A DNA stretch of 63,616 nucleotides, filler included, from Hausera hauseri (lineage: Eukaryota): the NCBI GenBank assembly GCA_046269625.1. It is 12 parts of 12 records of this genome, joined end to end, with 100 filler letters (N's around TTAATTAATTAA, not from the genome) between each part and the next. Parts side by side here need not be neighbours in the genome. Positions count along the whole stretch, not along the records: positions 11,307 to 15,720 come from JBJURY010593223.1; positions 15,821 to 20,141 come from JBJURY010636664.1; positions 20,242 to 25,351 come from JBJURY010332047.1; 9 more parts are not named here. The stretch is one strand, 5' to 3'. Every line of letters starts with the position of its first letter. The first letter of the stretch is position 1. The translations under genes and the position numbers were made by a program. This document shows positions 11,307-24,205 of the stretch, piece by piece. The notes below the pieces were generated by a model. That model was given only the letters and a program-made list of their open reading frames with translations. It was not told the DNA's origin and ran no database searches.

Positions 11307-14236
11307 GTTTCTATTTCTTGTATGGAGATTTCCTTTAACGGCTTTTGTACTAGGTTCTGTATTCCTTCCCAACGGATGTTTACCAAACTTCGTTGAAGAT
11401 CACTTAACTTGTTTCTTTTTCTGTAGAAGTCTTTCTCTTCTATCATATTATATATGTCTGTCAATGTTGTTTGATCTTGTTCTCGGCTCATAAACTCAAG
11501 TTCTCGAAATGATTCGAATTTAATCCGCAGTTTCGCTTCCTCCTCCATCGTACTGATATCTAGTAACATTTCTTCCAATTGGTGGCGCATTATAGGCTCG
11601 GCTATTGCGAATTCTCTTAGTCTTTCGTTTATTACTCCTGCTATCGAAGGTAACAGATCTATCCACTTCCTTAACTGTTTAATTATTATTGGTTTCGCGT
11701 ATATTATTTCGTCTAATTCTACAGAGGCTTCCTTCAGTTTGTGGTCCGGTCCTCGTACGAACTCTATTATTTGTTTCATGTAGTTAAATTCTTCCTTATA
11801 TTCATCTAACTCGAGCAGGCAAGCGCGTATTATCCTCTGTACTTCTACATTTTCCGAGTGGACTACACCGATCCTGAGGTCACTAATTTTAGCTCGTACT
11901 GTGTTTTCTCTTTCTATACGTGTTTTTAAATCTGAGTCCTTCCGCGTATCGTTGTTTATTAAGCTACACATTTCCAATAGAAAGAAACTATCAGTTTGGT
12001 CTATACTCAGTATCTCTAAATCGATTTCGGTCAGTTCGTATACCGGCTTATTCCGGAGATAAGAAGTTATCGCTTCCTCCATTTCCTGCATCAATCCTTC
12101 TAAGTTACGTCTTACGCGTTTTAATTTTGGGTTTTTCTTAAGTGTATCTAACAATCTTTGTACTTGTTTAACTTGGTCGAGAAACGGTTCGTTTTTACTC
12201 CACCATATTTTCGTAAAATTGATATCATTCCTTGTCCACAGGTCCAATTTATTTTGCCAACTTTTTATCAAATCCTGCGACATTTCTTGCATTTCCTCTG
12301 GTATGCCTTCTTCTTCTTTCTGGATACCAGTTTTAAGCTCCTTATATAACTTTTCTATAAATTGTTGTTCTTTTCCTGAGATATCCAGCTGCTTGCTCAT
12401 TTGCTGGAATTTTTGCAACCTCTCGGGTAATCTTTCAGAATTGTCCAAAGTATCTCTTATTTCCGTTAGCTCATTCGCATTTCTCCAAGATTTTCTAATT
12501 TTCCAAATTCTAATGGATTTCTCTCCTTTTGGTTCTTCTTCACTAAGTGGTAACGGACATATTTCATTAATCTCTCCCATATTCGTAATACTTGTTGTTT
12601 CCGACATGCTTGGGGCTATTTCAGGAGTATCTAACTCTGTTTCATCTCTTAAAGTGATGGTGAAATCTTCCTCCTTGTTTATATCCTTTTTAATAGGGGA
12701 TCGTGAACGAGTTTTTGACCTTCTCCTAAGAGAAGGGCTTCTACCTCTATTTTTAGTTATCTTTAGTATTAATGGCCCAATAAATTCGCTCTCAACTTCG
12801 TCTGTTGTTTTGTCTTTGTTTGGAAGTACGGCTTCGGCATCCGCATCCAAGTCTATGTTTGAAGGCGTAGTCGGTTTTTCTTCCTTCTCTTCTTTTGTTG
12901 CTTGATTTAGATTTTTCTTCCTGGCCATGTTAGTATTCTTAGGCGCTATAGCCTTTTCGTATTCCGTTTTTGGTTCTCTTAATCCGTGATAAACTTCCAA
13001 TTGATGTAACTTCTCTTCATACTCCTGTCTGGCCTTGATTACTTGTGGATTATTAGATTCACCCATGTTCCTTACGTACCTTCGTAAGTCCTGCATCTCA
13101 ATAATCATACTTATATCACCTCGTTTTCCGTAGATTCCTTCCAGATTTTCTTTTATCATACTAGCTTTACTAGTCTCTGCAAATGACACACTCCGTGGAT
13201 TAGGGCACGATCTAGCTATATGTCCTTCCTTACCGCATGAATAACAAATCAAATTCCCGTCTCGACCGATTCTTTGTCGTCCATCTTCATTTACAGGTGA
13301 CTTAGGTCTACCTGTTGTTTTATTTTGAGCTTGTTTATCAATTCCATTATTTCGATTTTCGAAACTCCGATTTTCCGTATATCGATTTTTATTGTTTCGG
13401 TCATTATTTAGGTTTCTGTCCTGATTGTAACCTGTTTTGCCATAAGGGTTATAGATATTTCGATTATCATTCCTGTTGTCATATCTCGTATTGCGATTGA
13501 AGGCATTTTGAGCTCTATTCTCGTAGCCTCGATCCCTGTTATTGTCGTTAAATCTTCTATTACTTCGGTTTCTATCCCGATTGTCACGGTCATTATTTCG
13601 GTCATATCTATCATTCTGTTTGGCATATCTATCTAATGCCATTTCTAAATTCTGAGCTAGTTGCAGTGCCGTTTCAAAGTTATCTGGTCGAGCTAAAATT
13701 AGTTGCTTTACTAAATCTCTAGACCATATACCGTTTATTAATTGCGTTGTCATCATGACATCTAAATCTGGTGGGCTAGCCTTTTCTGCCGCTTCGCGTT
13801 CTGCATCTGTTTTTGCCTTTGCTGCATTAGCTATCCTTAACGTGCTCACGTAGCTATTAGCAAGTTTCTTAAGTGCGAATGCAAATTGAGTAACCGATTC
13901 ACCTTTCTGTTGCGTTCTATTTTGGAAAGCCATAAGCTTCTGTTGTGGCGTAACTGTCGGCAATAATTTACGATTCAGGGCTCCTACTACAGAGGACCAC
14001 GATTTCTTCTCGTCGTTAGTTAGTTCACTATACGCATCTGCAGCGAGGTTTTTCAAGTATAAAGATAGTCGCTTAATCATAACCTCTGGCGCAAGACTGG
14101 CACCTTCTGCATGCAATTTGTAAGTCCGTAAAAAGTCGTTTAATCCATTCGGATCTCCGTCGTATGCGGGTAAATTTAGCGAGTCAAACGTAAATATATC
14201 GAGTTTCTGAGCTACCGTAGGGTTATCTGTTGCCAT
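11307..14236 (-). CDS. gag: Very long Ty3/gypsy Gag-like polyprotein N-terminus (capsid, CCHC knuckle, more than 600 aa extension), open at the contig end
   Basis: Uninterrupted frame 14386 to 11307, first ATG at 14236. LPAYDGDP..LSLYLKNLAADAY..SWSSV..QQKGESVTQFAFALKKLA capsid/MHR. N/R/D-rich linker. CYSCGKEGHIARSC at 13205-13246. Then an RS-rich motif and predicted coiled coil with no protease motif. Confidence 0.88.
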
Positions 14237-14588
14237 TTTAGTTTTATTCGTTTTATCTATCTTAGATCTATGAAGAACCTTAAATTCTTTAACTGCGTTC
14301 AATTCGGTGTCGGACAGATAGTTTTTATCTATTATTTTGTCTTCGGTGTAAAACTTGTTACGAGTTTCTCTTTCACTACCGTTCACTAATACGTTTTGAT
14401 GAGAATTAACTCTGTCAATATTCGCTTTCAGCTTGATTTAATTTATTTCCCTCTAACAACTTATAAACCAAATTTTAATTTTTAATTCTTACAATATCGA
14501 TTACTTGATGTAATGGGCGCTATTCGCCGGTATGTCGTTACTTGGTTTCTCAATAGTAAAGTCTAACAAGGCACAAACTGTTCTGTTA

Positions 14589-14597
14589 GGGTCGCCA
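14589..14597 (-). promoter_or_regulatory. Primer-binding site TGGCGACCC
   Basis: Lies 4 nt after the LTR end ...TGTAACA and upstream of gag. Complementary to a tRNA 3' end ...GGGUCGCCA (tRNA-Arg-like; identity is inference). Confidence 0.65.
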
Positions 14598-14601
14598 AGT
14601 A

Positions 14602-15330
14602 TGTTACAGTTGGGGTGGCCCTAAACGTCTCCCACTATAACAACGTTATTGCTAATTTTATATTGCTTCTTGAGCAGGTTATGATTACCCGTTCTCGAGT
14701 AATCTGCTTGTGCCTTAATAATTTTAAAAGAATTTACTATGTGTTGCTGGTACTGCGTGTGAATAATGCTTGCTTAGGTTACAAAAATCTCGTCTTAACT
14801 ATACGATTTTAAGTAGTATTTTAACCTTAGGGTAGTACAAATCGTCCTTAAGGGACGATGGAAAACTATGAGAGTTTAGCAACAGTCAAATAAAAATCAC
14901 CTTTATTTGTCACACCAGTATTACAACGTATTCGGAAAAACAATTCACAGCAAATAATGTCAATAATAAACACGGATTCGATTTGAAGAAATGTTTCTCT
15001 CTGTCGTTAGGTATCTGGTTGTCCGACTCTAAGTCGTACACGATTCGTTCTAGTTCTTCTCATTTTGACTTCGGTTTATATATTACTACTTTTTCTAACC
15101 GCTGGTATTTATGAGCCATTTATTTCTATATCTGCTCCTTTTCTTCTCATAAATAAAATATGACACATTATTTTATTATTTAGAGTTTGTAGATCATTCG
15201 TAATAATTACCTTAATAAATAATACTCCAGTAATAATATTTACAATTGTGGAGTTTTCTCGCACTATTTTATTTCTTTGATAGCTGCTACATTTTCATCT
15301 GTTTCTCTTTGTGGACTCTCTTTTATTACA
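14602..15330 (-). repeat. LTR (729 bp, TGTAATA...TGTAACA)
   Basis: On the minus strand it is preceded directly by a polypurine tract and followed by the PBS. Contains TATATAAA (about 15075-15082) and a downstream AATAAA (14902-14907). Confidence 0.75.
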
Positions 15331-15720
15331 TTTCTCCTCCCTGAGCGGCATCCTCGGAGGAGCCCATTGCGTCAGAAGAGGTGGCGCCAAACGTTTCAGA
15401 TCGTCTTAGTCGATTCATCCTTTCATCCAAATCCGATAATGAGTCCTGACGTTCTTGACGGATTACGGGGTTTGTTTCTAGGTTGTAACTGTGATAAGGT
15501 TTAATTCGGACGATGCGGGTATAGCTTCCATTGGAATAATATTTTAACTCGGTGGCTTCTGCTCTGAATACTGGACAGGTCGTTTTTCCATTGTCGAGCG
15601 TCCACTTCTCCAGACAGTCTAGACAGTATTTATGACGACAGTTTTTATTGTCCAAAACCGTATATCCTTGTTTCAAATTTGCCTCACGCACGGGACATTC
15701 ACTATCTTCTTTGTTCCAAT
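15326..15720 (-). CDS. RING-HC (C3HC4)-like ORF at the 3' end of an LTR element (partial; two ligands mutated)
   Basis: Frame open from the contig edge: ECPVR...CRHKYCLDCLEKW...TTCPVFR. Second and eighth Cys appear as R and F. Its stop codon TAA falls inside the LTR start (ATG TAA). Confidence 0.72.
15331..15342 (-). promoter_or_regulatory. Polypurine tract AGGGAGGAGAAA
   Basis: Abuts the TGTAA LTR start on the minus strand. Confidence 0.75.
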
Positions 15721-16324
15721 NNNNNNNNNNNNNNNNNNNNNNNNNNNNNNNNNNNNNNNNNNNNTTAATTAATTAANNNNNNNNNNNNNNNNNNNNNNNN
15801 NNNNNNNNNNNNNNNNNNNNTAATCCGAAATAAGATCAATTAAATTTAAAAAGGTAAATTAATATGACAATTGAGTACAAAAAGAAAAACAAATAGTACC
15901 CATTTATTTTGTGAGCGATGATCAAGATGTTCGCAGAAGCTCGATTATTAATGGCTCCTCCAACAGAACCAATTCACGCAAAATGTCAAGCACAAACGAG
16001 ACAGGGTAAACTTTATTTTATGCAAACAGTGATAAACTTATGCAAAACAAAATTATTGTGTGAATTTTTATATCATGAGCATGAAAAAATAAAAATTAAT
16101 CATGCACAAAGGGAATTTAATTATCTTTAGCAACGTAATCATACGGAAGCAGCAAATCTATAAATTCTACTCAGCAGTTGAAACAACATCATAATCTTTA
16201 TACAATTCTCTAAAACAATGGAAAATTAAAAAGACCTAATGCCTACATTGTTTAAATGGTATGTTGATTAAATTTCACCAATAACATTATGGAGTATTAG
16301 AAGAAAATCTATTTTCGTCATGAC

Positions 16325-19300
16325 TGTTGTGGAGGAGTTAATTTCCCGAAATTTATTTTGTAGAGCATTAAATCATTAAATCGCCCATTCGAGTTAAATT
16401 GGAGGAGTCGCAAAGGCGAGAAACAAATGAAATTTCATGGATCCACTAAGCAAGGCTAAGAGGTGTCAATATCAGTCGTACCTATCGAACTTTCCGCCGT
16501 TCCTCCCGTCTTACAATCGTTCATTGTCACAAATTGCCCGAATACACTACATAGTCCAAGTCCTTTAAGCCTGCTGCTTCAATATTTCACAATATTTTTA
16601 CGAGTTCACACGCTCCAGTTGCATAACCCCATCGTGAACTCCAACCAGAATGCCGCAACATGGTCGAAGCTGAACTTTTGCGGCTTGAACAAGAGGATAC
16701 AATCTGACAGCCTATCTCTCTCTGGGCTTCAGCATTTCACGTAGTACCAAAAAGATGGCACGTTTCGGCTTTTGCGGAGATTATTGTAGGCTTAACGTCT
16801 TAACTACACAAGACAGTTATCCTCTCCATATGATGTTTGACATTATCCGGAAATTAAATGGTAGCAACATATTTTGCACCGCGAACTTGCACAAAGCTTA
16901 TTATCAGATTCCAGTCGCTGTGGAAGATATTCAGAAAACCGCGATAACAACGCCATTTGGTCTCTTCTAGTATCTCTACATGCCCTTTGGATTACGCAAT
17001 GCTGCCCAAACATTCCAGCGGCATATAAACTCTGTGGTTGCAGATTTTGCTTTTGAATTCCCGTATATCGACGACATACTGATAGCTTCCGGAGGCGAAG
17101 ATCAACGCACGGAAAACAAACGACCATAATCTCCAAGTGAATTGGAGTAAATCTCATTTCTTCTCGCAGTCTGTCACATTCTTGGGATATGTCATTTAAG
17201 CACAAGAGCACGCACCACTTCCTGAGCGATTACATTCATTTCGCAACATTGCTTGTCCATCGACCGTGATAGAACTGCGCAGCTTCCTAGGAATGGTAAC
17301 TTTTGCCACAAGTACATTCCTAACTGTTCACATTTCACCGCGAATCTCTCTGCCCTAGCTTCTGGCCGAAAACAACATAACATTCAAAAGACGGATTCCT
17401 CAACGAGTGATTTTAACACTCTAAAGTCACAACTACAGGATCTTAGAATCACCCATACAAAAAAGGACACACCAATGTATGTATCCATTGACGCATCTAA
17501 AATAGCTGCAGGTGCAGTTGTACATCAGATGAACAACGAAATTCAAAAGCCATTAGAATTCTGGAGCTATAAGTTCTCTAAAACCGAAACGCGTTACTCG
17601 ACTCTTGATAGAGAGTTGATTCCAATTTTTCTAGCCATCAAACATTTTCAACACTTGCTGATTGGCCGTTCTTTCACAATCCAAACAGGCCATAAGCCAT
17701 TGACATATATGTTTCAAATGCGTAACCCTTCTCCACGCCAAAAGGGCAGATTTCCCTTATCTCTCAATTTACTTTTAATATTCTACATATCCCAGGCGAT
17801 AAAACCTTATGGCCAATCTCTGTGTCGTCAATCGATTTCCATTGGCACTTCTCCAAAATCCATTGTCTCCATCCGACATTTCACATTTTAAGAATACGGA
17901 AAACATAGAAGGTATTTTCTTTGATACTACACTGTCGGGAACTATATGGTCATATGTTTTACGCGAGCAAGTCTTTGATCACATCCAAAATCTTCACCAT
18001 CACGGTAGTTCTTCTTCGCACCAAAATAATCTGGCCGGCCATGCGTAGAGACGTAAAACACTGGGTTTCTCATTGCTCTGAATGCCAAAATCCCAAACTT
18101 AGCAACATATTAAGCCGCCGTTATATCATTTCTTAACAACGTCGCGTTTCGACACTGTCTATATTGACCTCGTTGGCTGTCGGCCACCTAACTGAGGATT
18201 CACTTATTTTCTCACCATGCTTGACATATCAGCAAGATGGCCAGATGTCATATCACTCCCTAATATCGAAGCAGATACCGCAGCTAATGCCTTCATCCTC
18301 ACATAAGTCAGCTGTTTCGGAACACCAAAATATACTTCCGATCAAAGAAGCCAATTTGAATTTACACTATTTAAAGCGCTAGGCACTCGTTTGGGGATTG
18401 AACACATCCACACGTCGTCATATCATCTTCAGGCCAACGGAGCTTTAGAACGGTTTCACAATACCTTTAAAGCTTCGTTAAAGATTCTCGCAGACAATAA
18501 CCATAAGTGACTTGACATAATCCCATACGTTTTACTTCGTTGGAAAAATACATCAAGTTCATAGATCAGTCACACTCCAGCTCGGGTTCTATTCGGTACT
18601 TTACTTTGTCTTGACAAGGTTGAAACACCAAATAACACAACGGAGCGTGACATAGAGGCAGCAAGACAACTTTTAGAATCACTGGACAAAGATAAATTTT
18701 TCCTTACAACAAACAATCGTAAAGAATTCATAACACTGAATCTGTTCACAGTGAAACTTGTTTTTCTAAAAAGCCGAACAAAGAGGGGTTTACAGCCAAC
18801 GTATACTGGACCATATAGAGTTTTAGAATGGCAGTGACATACCGTCAAAATACTGAAAGTAATGAAANNNNNNNNNNAAATAACTTTGGTTCAATTAACT
18901 AATATAAAACCAGCCTTCATAATACATGACGAACCCGAAACTATAGAGCAGCCAATCAACGAGCTCTCATTCCACAAACGTTTGTTAAATTTAAACATAC
19001 CATCCCCATCAGGCATAAACACCCGCGAAATTATCAATCAGTATAGTCATAAGCAAAACTTACCGGCGACCCACACAATTTTCATTCCAACATCCTTTTT
19101 CTCTTCTTCGCCTTTAAATACACCTTATGTTTTAGGCTTCACATCATTCACATCCTTCGCCACAGTCGTTGACGAAATGTCCACAAACCCACTAATTGTC
19201 CACGTGGATACATTGGAACAATTTTCACAACTTACACATGACAGTCACCAACCATACCACTTCTTCTCATCCAACAGACTTAACTTGCGACTGGCAGAAA

Positions 19301-19680
19301 ACTTCTCGCTCACCCTACTTTTTACTTTCTTCTTTGAATAATGCGCATGCGTAACATCAACACATGACACAATTCCAGTCCCGTATCCCTGTTCGAGCAC
19401 AGTCTTCCACTACACGAAACAACTCAGAATATGCACGCAGACACTACATCTGAGAAAATCATTAAAACTTCTTACAAAAAGTATTATCCAATGTACAACA
19501 CAATTTGTAAATATCGCTTAAAATCAATGCCTTTTGGGCGTTTTTTCGGCGGGGGCTGTGTTGCGGTAGCGTACATTTTCCGAAATTTATTTTGTACAAC
19601 ATTAAATTATTAAATTGCATATTCGAATTAAATTAGAGGAGTCGCAAAGGCGAGAAAAAATGAAATTTTACGGATCGACA
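16325..19680 (+). mobile_element. Decayed Ty3/gypsy element (gag deleted) with two LTR remnants
   Basis: RT (KAYYQIPVA..KTAITTPFGLF, YIDDILIA), RNase H (DASKIAAGAV..YSTLDREL) and INT (HIDLVG, QANGALERFH). Diverged direct repeats at 16325-16443 and 19559-19676, the second preceded by GGCGGGGGC. Confidence 0.88.
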
Positions 19681-21779
19681 AACTCGATGTTTAAAAATAT
19701 TAAAATGTAACGTTTGGAAAGTACAACAATTTGTTTTAAAAAACGATTGTAATCCTTTTTAACGGAATCTTCTAGAAACATGTTTTTTTTAAATGTCTCA
19801 AGACTTATCTCACCGCTTGAATTCAACACATCAATCAAGTGAAATTGAAGCAGTCAAAGAGAATTATTATTTCAAAAGCAAGAATTCAGCAATTTCGCCA
19901 GAACAATCGCACGAACTATCCGTAATGTATGCACATAAAATGTAAAATATTCTTCCAAAATCACAATTTTATTTCCGAAAATGATCAAGTTTACACCCTA
20001 AAACATGTCTTCTTGGGCACCTCTTTATAGACTTTACTCAGCAATGCAGTGATGATGAACGAAATAAAATAAATATATTTCATCCTAAATACATCTATAA
20101 ACAAACACAATAACATAGTACTAGTATTCATGAATTTTCGTNNNNNNNNNNNNNNNNNNNNNNNNNNNNNNNNNNNNNNNNNNNNTTAATTAATTAANNN
20201 NNNNNNNNNNNNNNNNNNNNNNNNNNNNNNNNNNNNNNNNNACCCACATTTCACTACGATTGCTTGAATAAGAGCAGAGCAGTTTGCCGTTTCTTCCCAT
20301 TGGCAATAAGTCGTCGATAACAATCTGAAGGCAATTTTCCAATTAACATTTTCCTTTTTAACAAAAAATAAATGGATTGTCAGTTGAATTTTCGACAAAT
20401 TGAGAGTTTGGACAATTAGTATTGACTAGCAACGATTGCTTCAACGATATTCAGTGGAATGAATTAATTTTTCTTATCATAATTTGTATAATTAACTGAC
20501 AAATTAAGGACGTTTTAATTGAGAAAAAAATCAAACGAAATTCCGATTTGAACGAAACACGGAAATTTTCAAAATCAAGTAACATGCAGACGTATGGGAT
20601 CTCGGAGTAATTTTATATTTTCACCATATAAATAAATTAATAAAAATTCCACTAATATATCACACGAAATAATTAAATATGATCCCATTGATAATTATCT
20701 CAAAATTTTACGTTCTTGAATTACCACCTATATTCTTCACGACGACATACGCATGAGAACGGAAACATTGAAATACAGTAGAATGGGTGTATTAGCAATT
20801 CGTCGAACTGCAACGTTCGGATTCATTTGCCCTCGTCATGGGTCGTTCGAAAGAAAGTGTGGAGGGTGATAAAATAATAAATATGACCAAGTTTTACTAT
20901 CCTAAGAAAATGATAAACAACGGATTTAAACAAAAACAAATATTAACGAATGAAATTTAAATAATTAATAGAGAAAAAATTAAGGAATTACATATACCAA
21001 GATGTGCGGAATCGAATTTCCGGTCGAATCACACCACTTCTGATTCAATTGGCGTAACTTTCGATTGAATTTTGCGTATTTCCGGTTCATTTTTCGCAAT
21101 TGTGAGCACAAGACACGTGACTTTAGGTTATTTTAGTGGTGAAAATTGTGCGGTCAATCATGTGCTCACATGACCATTTTAAAAATATCGAAAATCTGCT
21201 AAGGACACTGAGAAATAGACCTTAAAGGAAAATGTTTTTTGGGAATTTCACCGAAACCAAGAAACATTGCATTTTTTTCTTCACCGTCGACAAAAGTGTG
21301 TCAGCGCGGTTCTAACGGTATATAGCAAGATTGGATAACTTTACGCACGGGTCGACAAAAGGGTATGCCGGTTCTGACTCTGTTACGGTTTTTAAATGAA
21401 ATTTGCCGGATGTGCGATATCTCAGCTCCCCAGAGTCCGACGGAGTTGATTGAGGTGTCGTTCGATGCATGCCAATGAGACTAGTTGAATGAATCTAATA
21501 TGAACGCGCATGAAAAGTGCTGGAGACCGAAAATGATCATTTAAGCTTCACTTGTGGCAGTTTATTGTTGTCGACGTTTAACAACCAATTCTAGGCTCAG
21601 ACTTTCTTCAAGCCTTTGACTTGCTCCTTTGCTAAAGCAGAATGCTGTTGCTTCGCAAAACTTATGATAGGCTGACAACTAATTTAAAATATTCTGTTAA
21701 CACAAGCCTTAAATCAGCCGAAAGCAATAAAATGGGAAACATGTTTCATGGCAAATGCCCTTAGTGGAACAAACGAACG

Positions 21780-24205
21780 AAGAAGGCAAAAAAGTATCAT
21801 CATCAGTCATACCTACCGTACTTTCCACCGGCCCTTCTGCCTTACAATCTTTTATCCCCACAAAATGCGCGAATACACTCCAAAAGTCCAAAACCTTTGA
21901 GCCTACAGCTTCAACATTCCAGAACATCCGTACGAGTTCACACGCTCCAGTAGTACAACGCCGTCGCGAACTCCAACCAGAACGTCGCAACATGGTCGAA
22001 GATGAATTCTTGCAATTCGAACGAGAAGGCACAAGCTGACGTTCTACCTCCGCTTGGGCTTCACCACTTCATATGGTACCAAAAATACGGCACACTTCGG
22101 CCGTGCGGAGATTATCGTTGACTTAACGCTGTAACTACACCAGACAGTTACCTCCTTCGCATGATCTCTTACATTTTCCGTATATTAGATGGTAGCAACT
22201 TATTTTCCACCGTGGACCTGTTGAAAGCTTACTATCAAATTCAAGTCGCTCCGGAAGATATTCGGAAGACCGCTATAAAAACGCCATTTGGCCTCTTCGA
22301 ATATTTCTACATGCCGTTTGGACTGCGCAACGCTGCCCTAATATTCCAGCGTCATATAGACTCTGCTACTAAATCTGCCTTTCGCATTCCCACATATCGA
22401 CGACACACTGATAGCTTCCGGAGACGAAGACCAACACAGGGAACACATGTGCACTCTTTATAAGCGCCTCCACGACCACAATCTCCAAGCAAATTGGAGT
22501 AAATCTCGTTTCTGTGCTCACTCCATCACATTCTCAGGACATGTCATTTCAGCGCAAGGACACTCCATTGCTTGAGTAATTACATTCAATTTGCAACATT
22601 GCTTGTCCATCGACCGTGACAAAACTGCGCAGCTTCCTAGGAATGGTTATCTTTTTCCACAAGTACATTCCTAACTATTGACATTTTACCGCAAATCTTT
22701 CTGCCCTAGCTTCTGGCTTAAATCGACATAAAATTCAGTGGACGGATTTCTTAACGACTGATTTTAACCCACTGAAGTCACAACTCAGAATCTTAGAATT
22801 CTCGCATGCCCAAAAAGGGTGCACCATTGTACTTGTCAACAGACGCATCTACAATAGCGGCAGGCGCAGTTCTACATCAACTGAACAACGAAACACTTGA
22901 GCCACTAGAATTCTGGAGCTAAGTTCTTTAAAACCGAAACGCGTTGCTCGACTTTTGATAGAAAGACACTTTCAATTTTTCTCACCATCAAACATTTTCA
23001 GCACATGCTGATAGGAAATTCTTTCACAATCCAAACCCACCATAGGCAATTGGTATATATTCTACAAATGCGTAACCCTTTCCCGCACCAAAAGAATCAA
23101 ACTTCGTTTATCTCCAAATTCAATTTTAATATTCTGCATACGTCAGGTCAAAAAATGTTGTAGGCGATTTTATGTCACATTATGTGTCGTCAATCGATTT
23201 TCTCCCGGTAATCTCTCAGGAAATTCTTCGTCAAAATCCGCCGTCCTCATCCGATATCGCACATTTCAAGAATATTGATACCACACTGTCGGGAACTTTA
23301 CGGCCTATATTGTCAGAAGCTTTATGAAAACAGTCCTTTGATCACATCAATAATCTTCACCATCCCGGTAGTTCAAACACTACCGTCTTCTTCACACCAA
23401 AATAATCTGGTCAGCCATGTGTCGAGACGTAAAACACTGGGTTTCTCATTGTATCCCATGCCAAAAATTCAAAACTTCATGGCACATTAAACCACCGTTA
23501 TATCATTTCCCAACGACGTCACGTTTCGACACTGTCCATATCGATCTCGTCGGTCCCCTGCCACGTAACCGAGGATTCACTTACTTACCATGCTTGACAG
23601 ATCAACAAGATGGCCAGAAGTCATACCACTTTATAATATCGAAACTGATACCATAGCTAAAGCTTTCATCCTCACATGGATCAGCCGCTTCGGAACACCA
23701 AAACATCTTATCTTCGATCAAGGAAGTCAATTTGAATCCTCCCTTTTCAAAGCGCTAGCCATTCGTTTAGGGATCGAACACATCCACACCTCGCCATATT
23801 ATTCCCAAGTCAACGGAGCCTTGGAACGATTTCACCACACCTTCAAAGCTTTATTAAAGATTCTCGCAGACAATAACGATCAGTTGTTAGACGTAATGCC
23901 ATACGTTTTACTCGGAGAAATACGCCAGGTTCATCGACTAATCACACCCCAACCCAAGCTTTATTCGGAACGTCACTCCGACTGCTTTCAGACCTGGTGG
24001 AAATGACAAGCGTTACGACGAAGCACGAAATAGAAGCAGCGAGAAACCATTTTGAATCATTGAACGAAGATAAATTTTGCCGTACAACAAACAATCATAA
24101 AGAATTTGTACTACAGCACCTGTTCACATCGAAATTCGTTTTTCTAAATAATCAAACAAAAACGGGTTTACAACCAACTTACACGGGGCCATATAAAGTT
24201 TCCTG
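21780..24205 (+). mobile_element. Decayed Ty3/gypsy pol, same family as 16325-19680
   Basis: Colinear with 16465-18825: STVDLLKAYYQI..TPFGLFEYFYMPFGLRNAA, HIDLVGPLP, DQGSQFES, NGALERFHHT, LQPTYTGPYKV. Confidence 0.9.

Noticed and set aside
12219-12905. 228-aa plus-strand ORF and similar antisense ORFs (38162-38596, 44347-44886, 48920-49459)
   Set aside because: Shadows of real genes on the opposite strand with no independent motifs.
21200-21545. GC-richer segment with two GTCGACAAAAG copies as an ncRNA or defined transposon
   Set aside because: Probably a repeat fragment, but no termini, TSD or fold could be supported.
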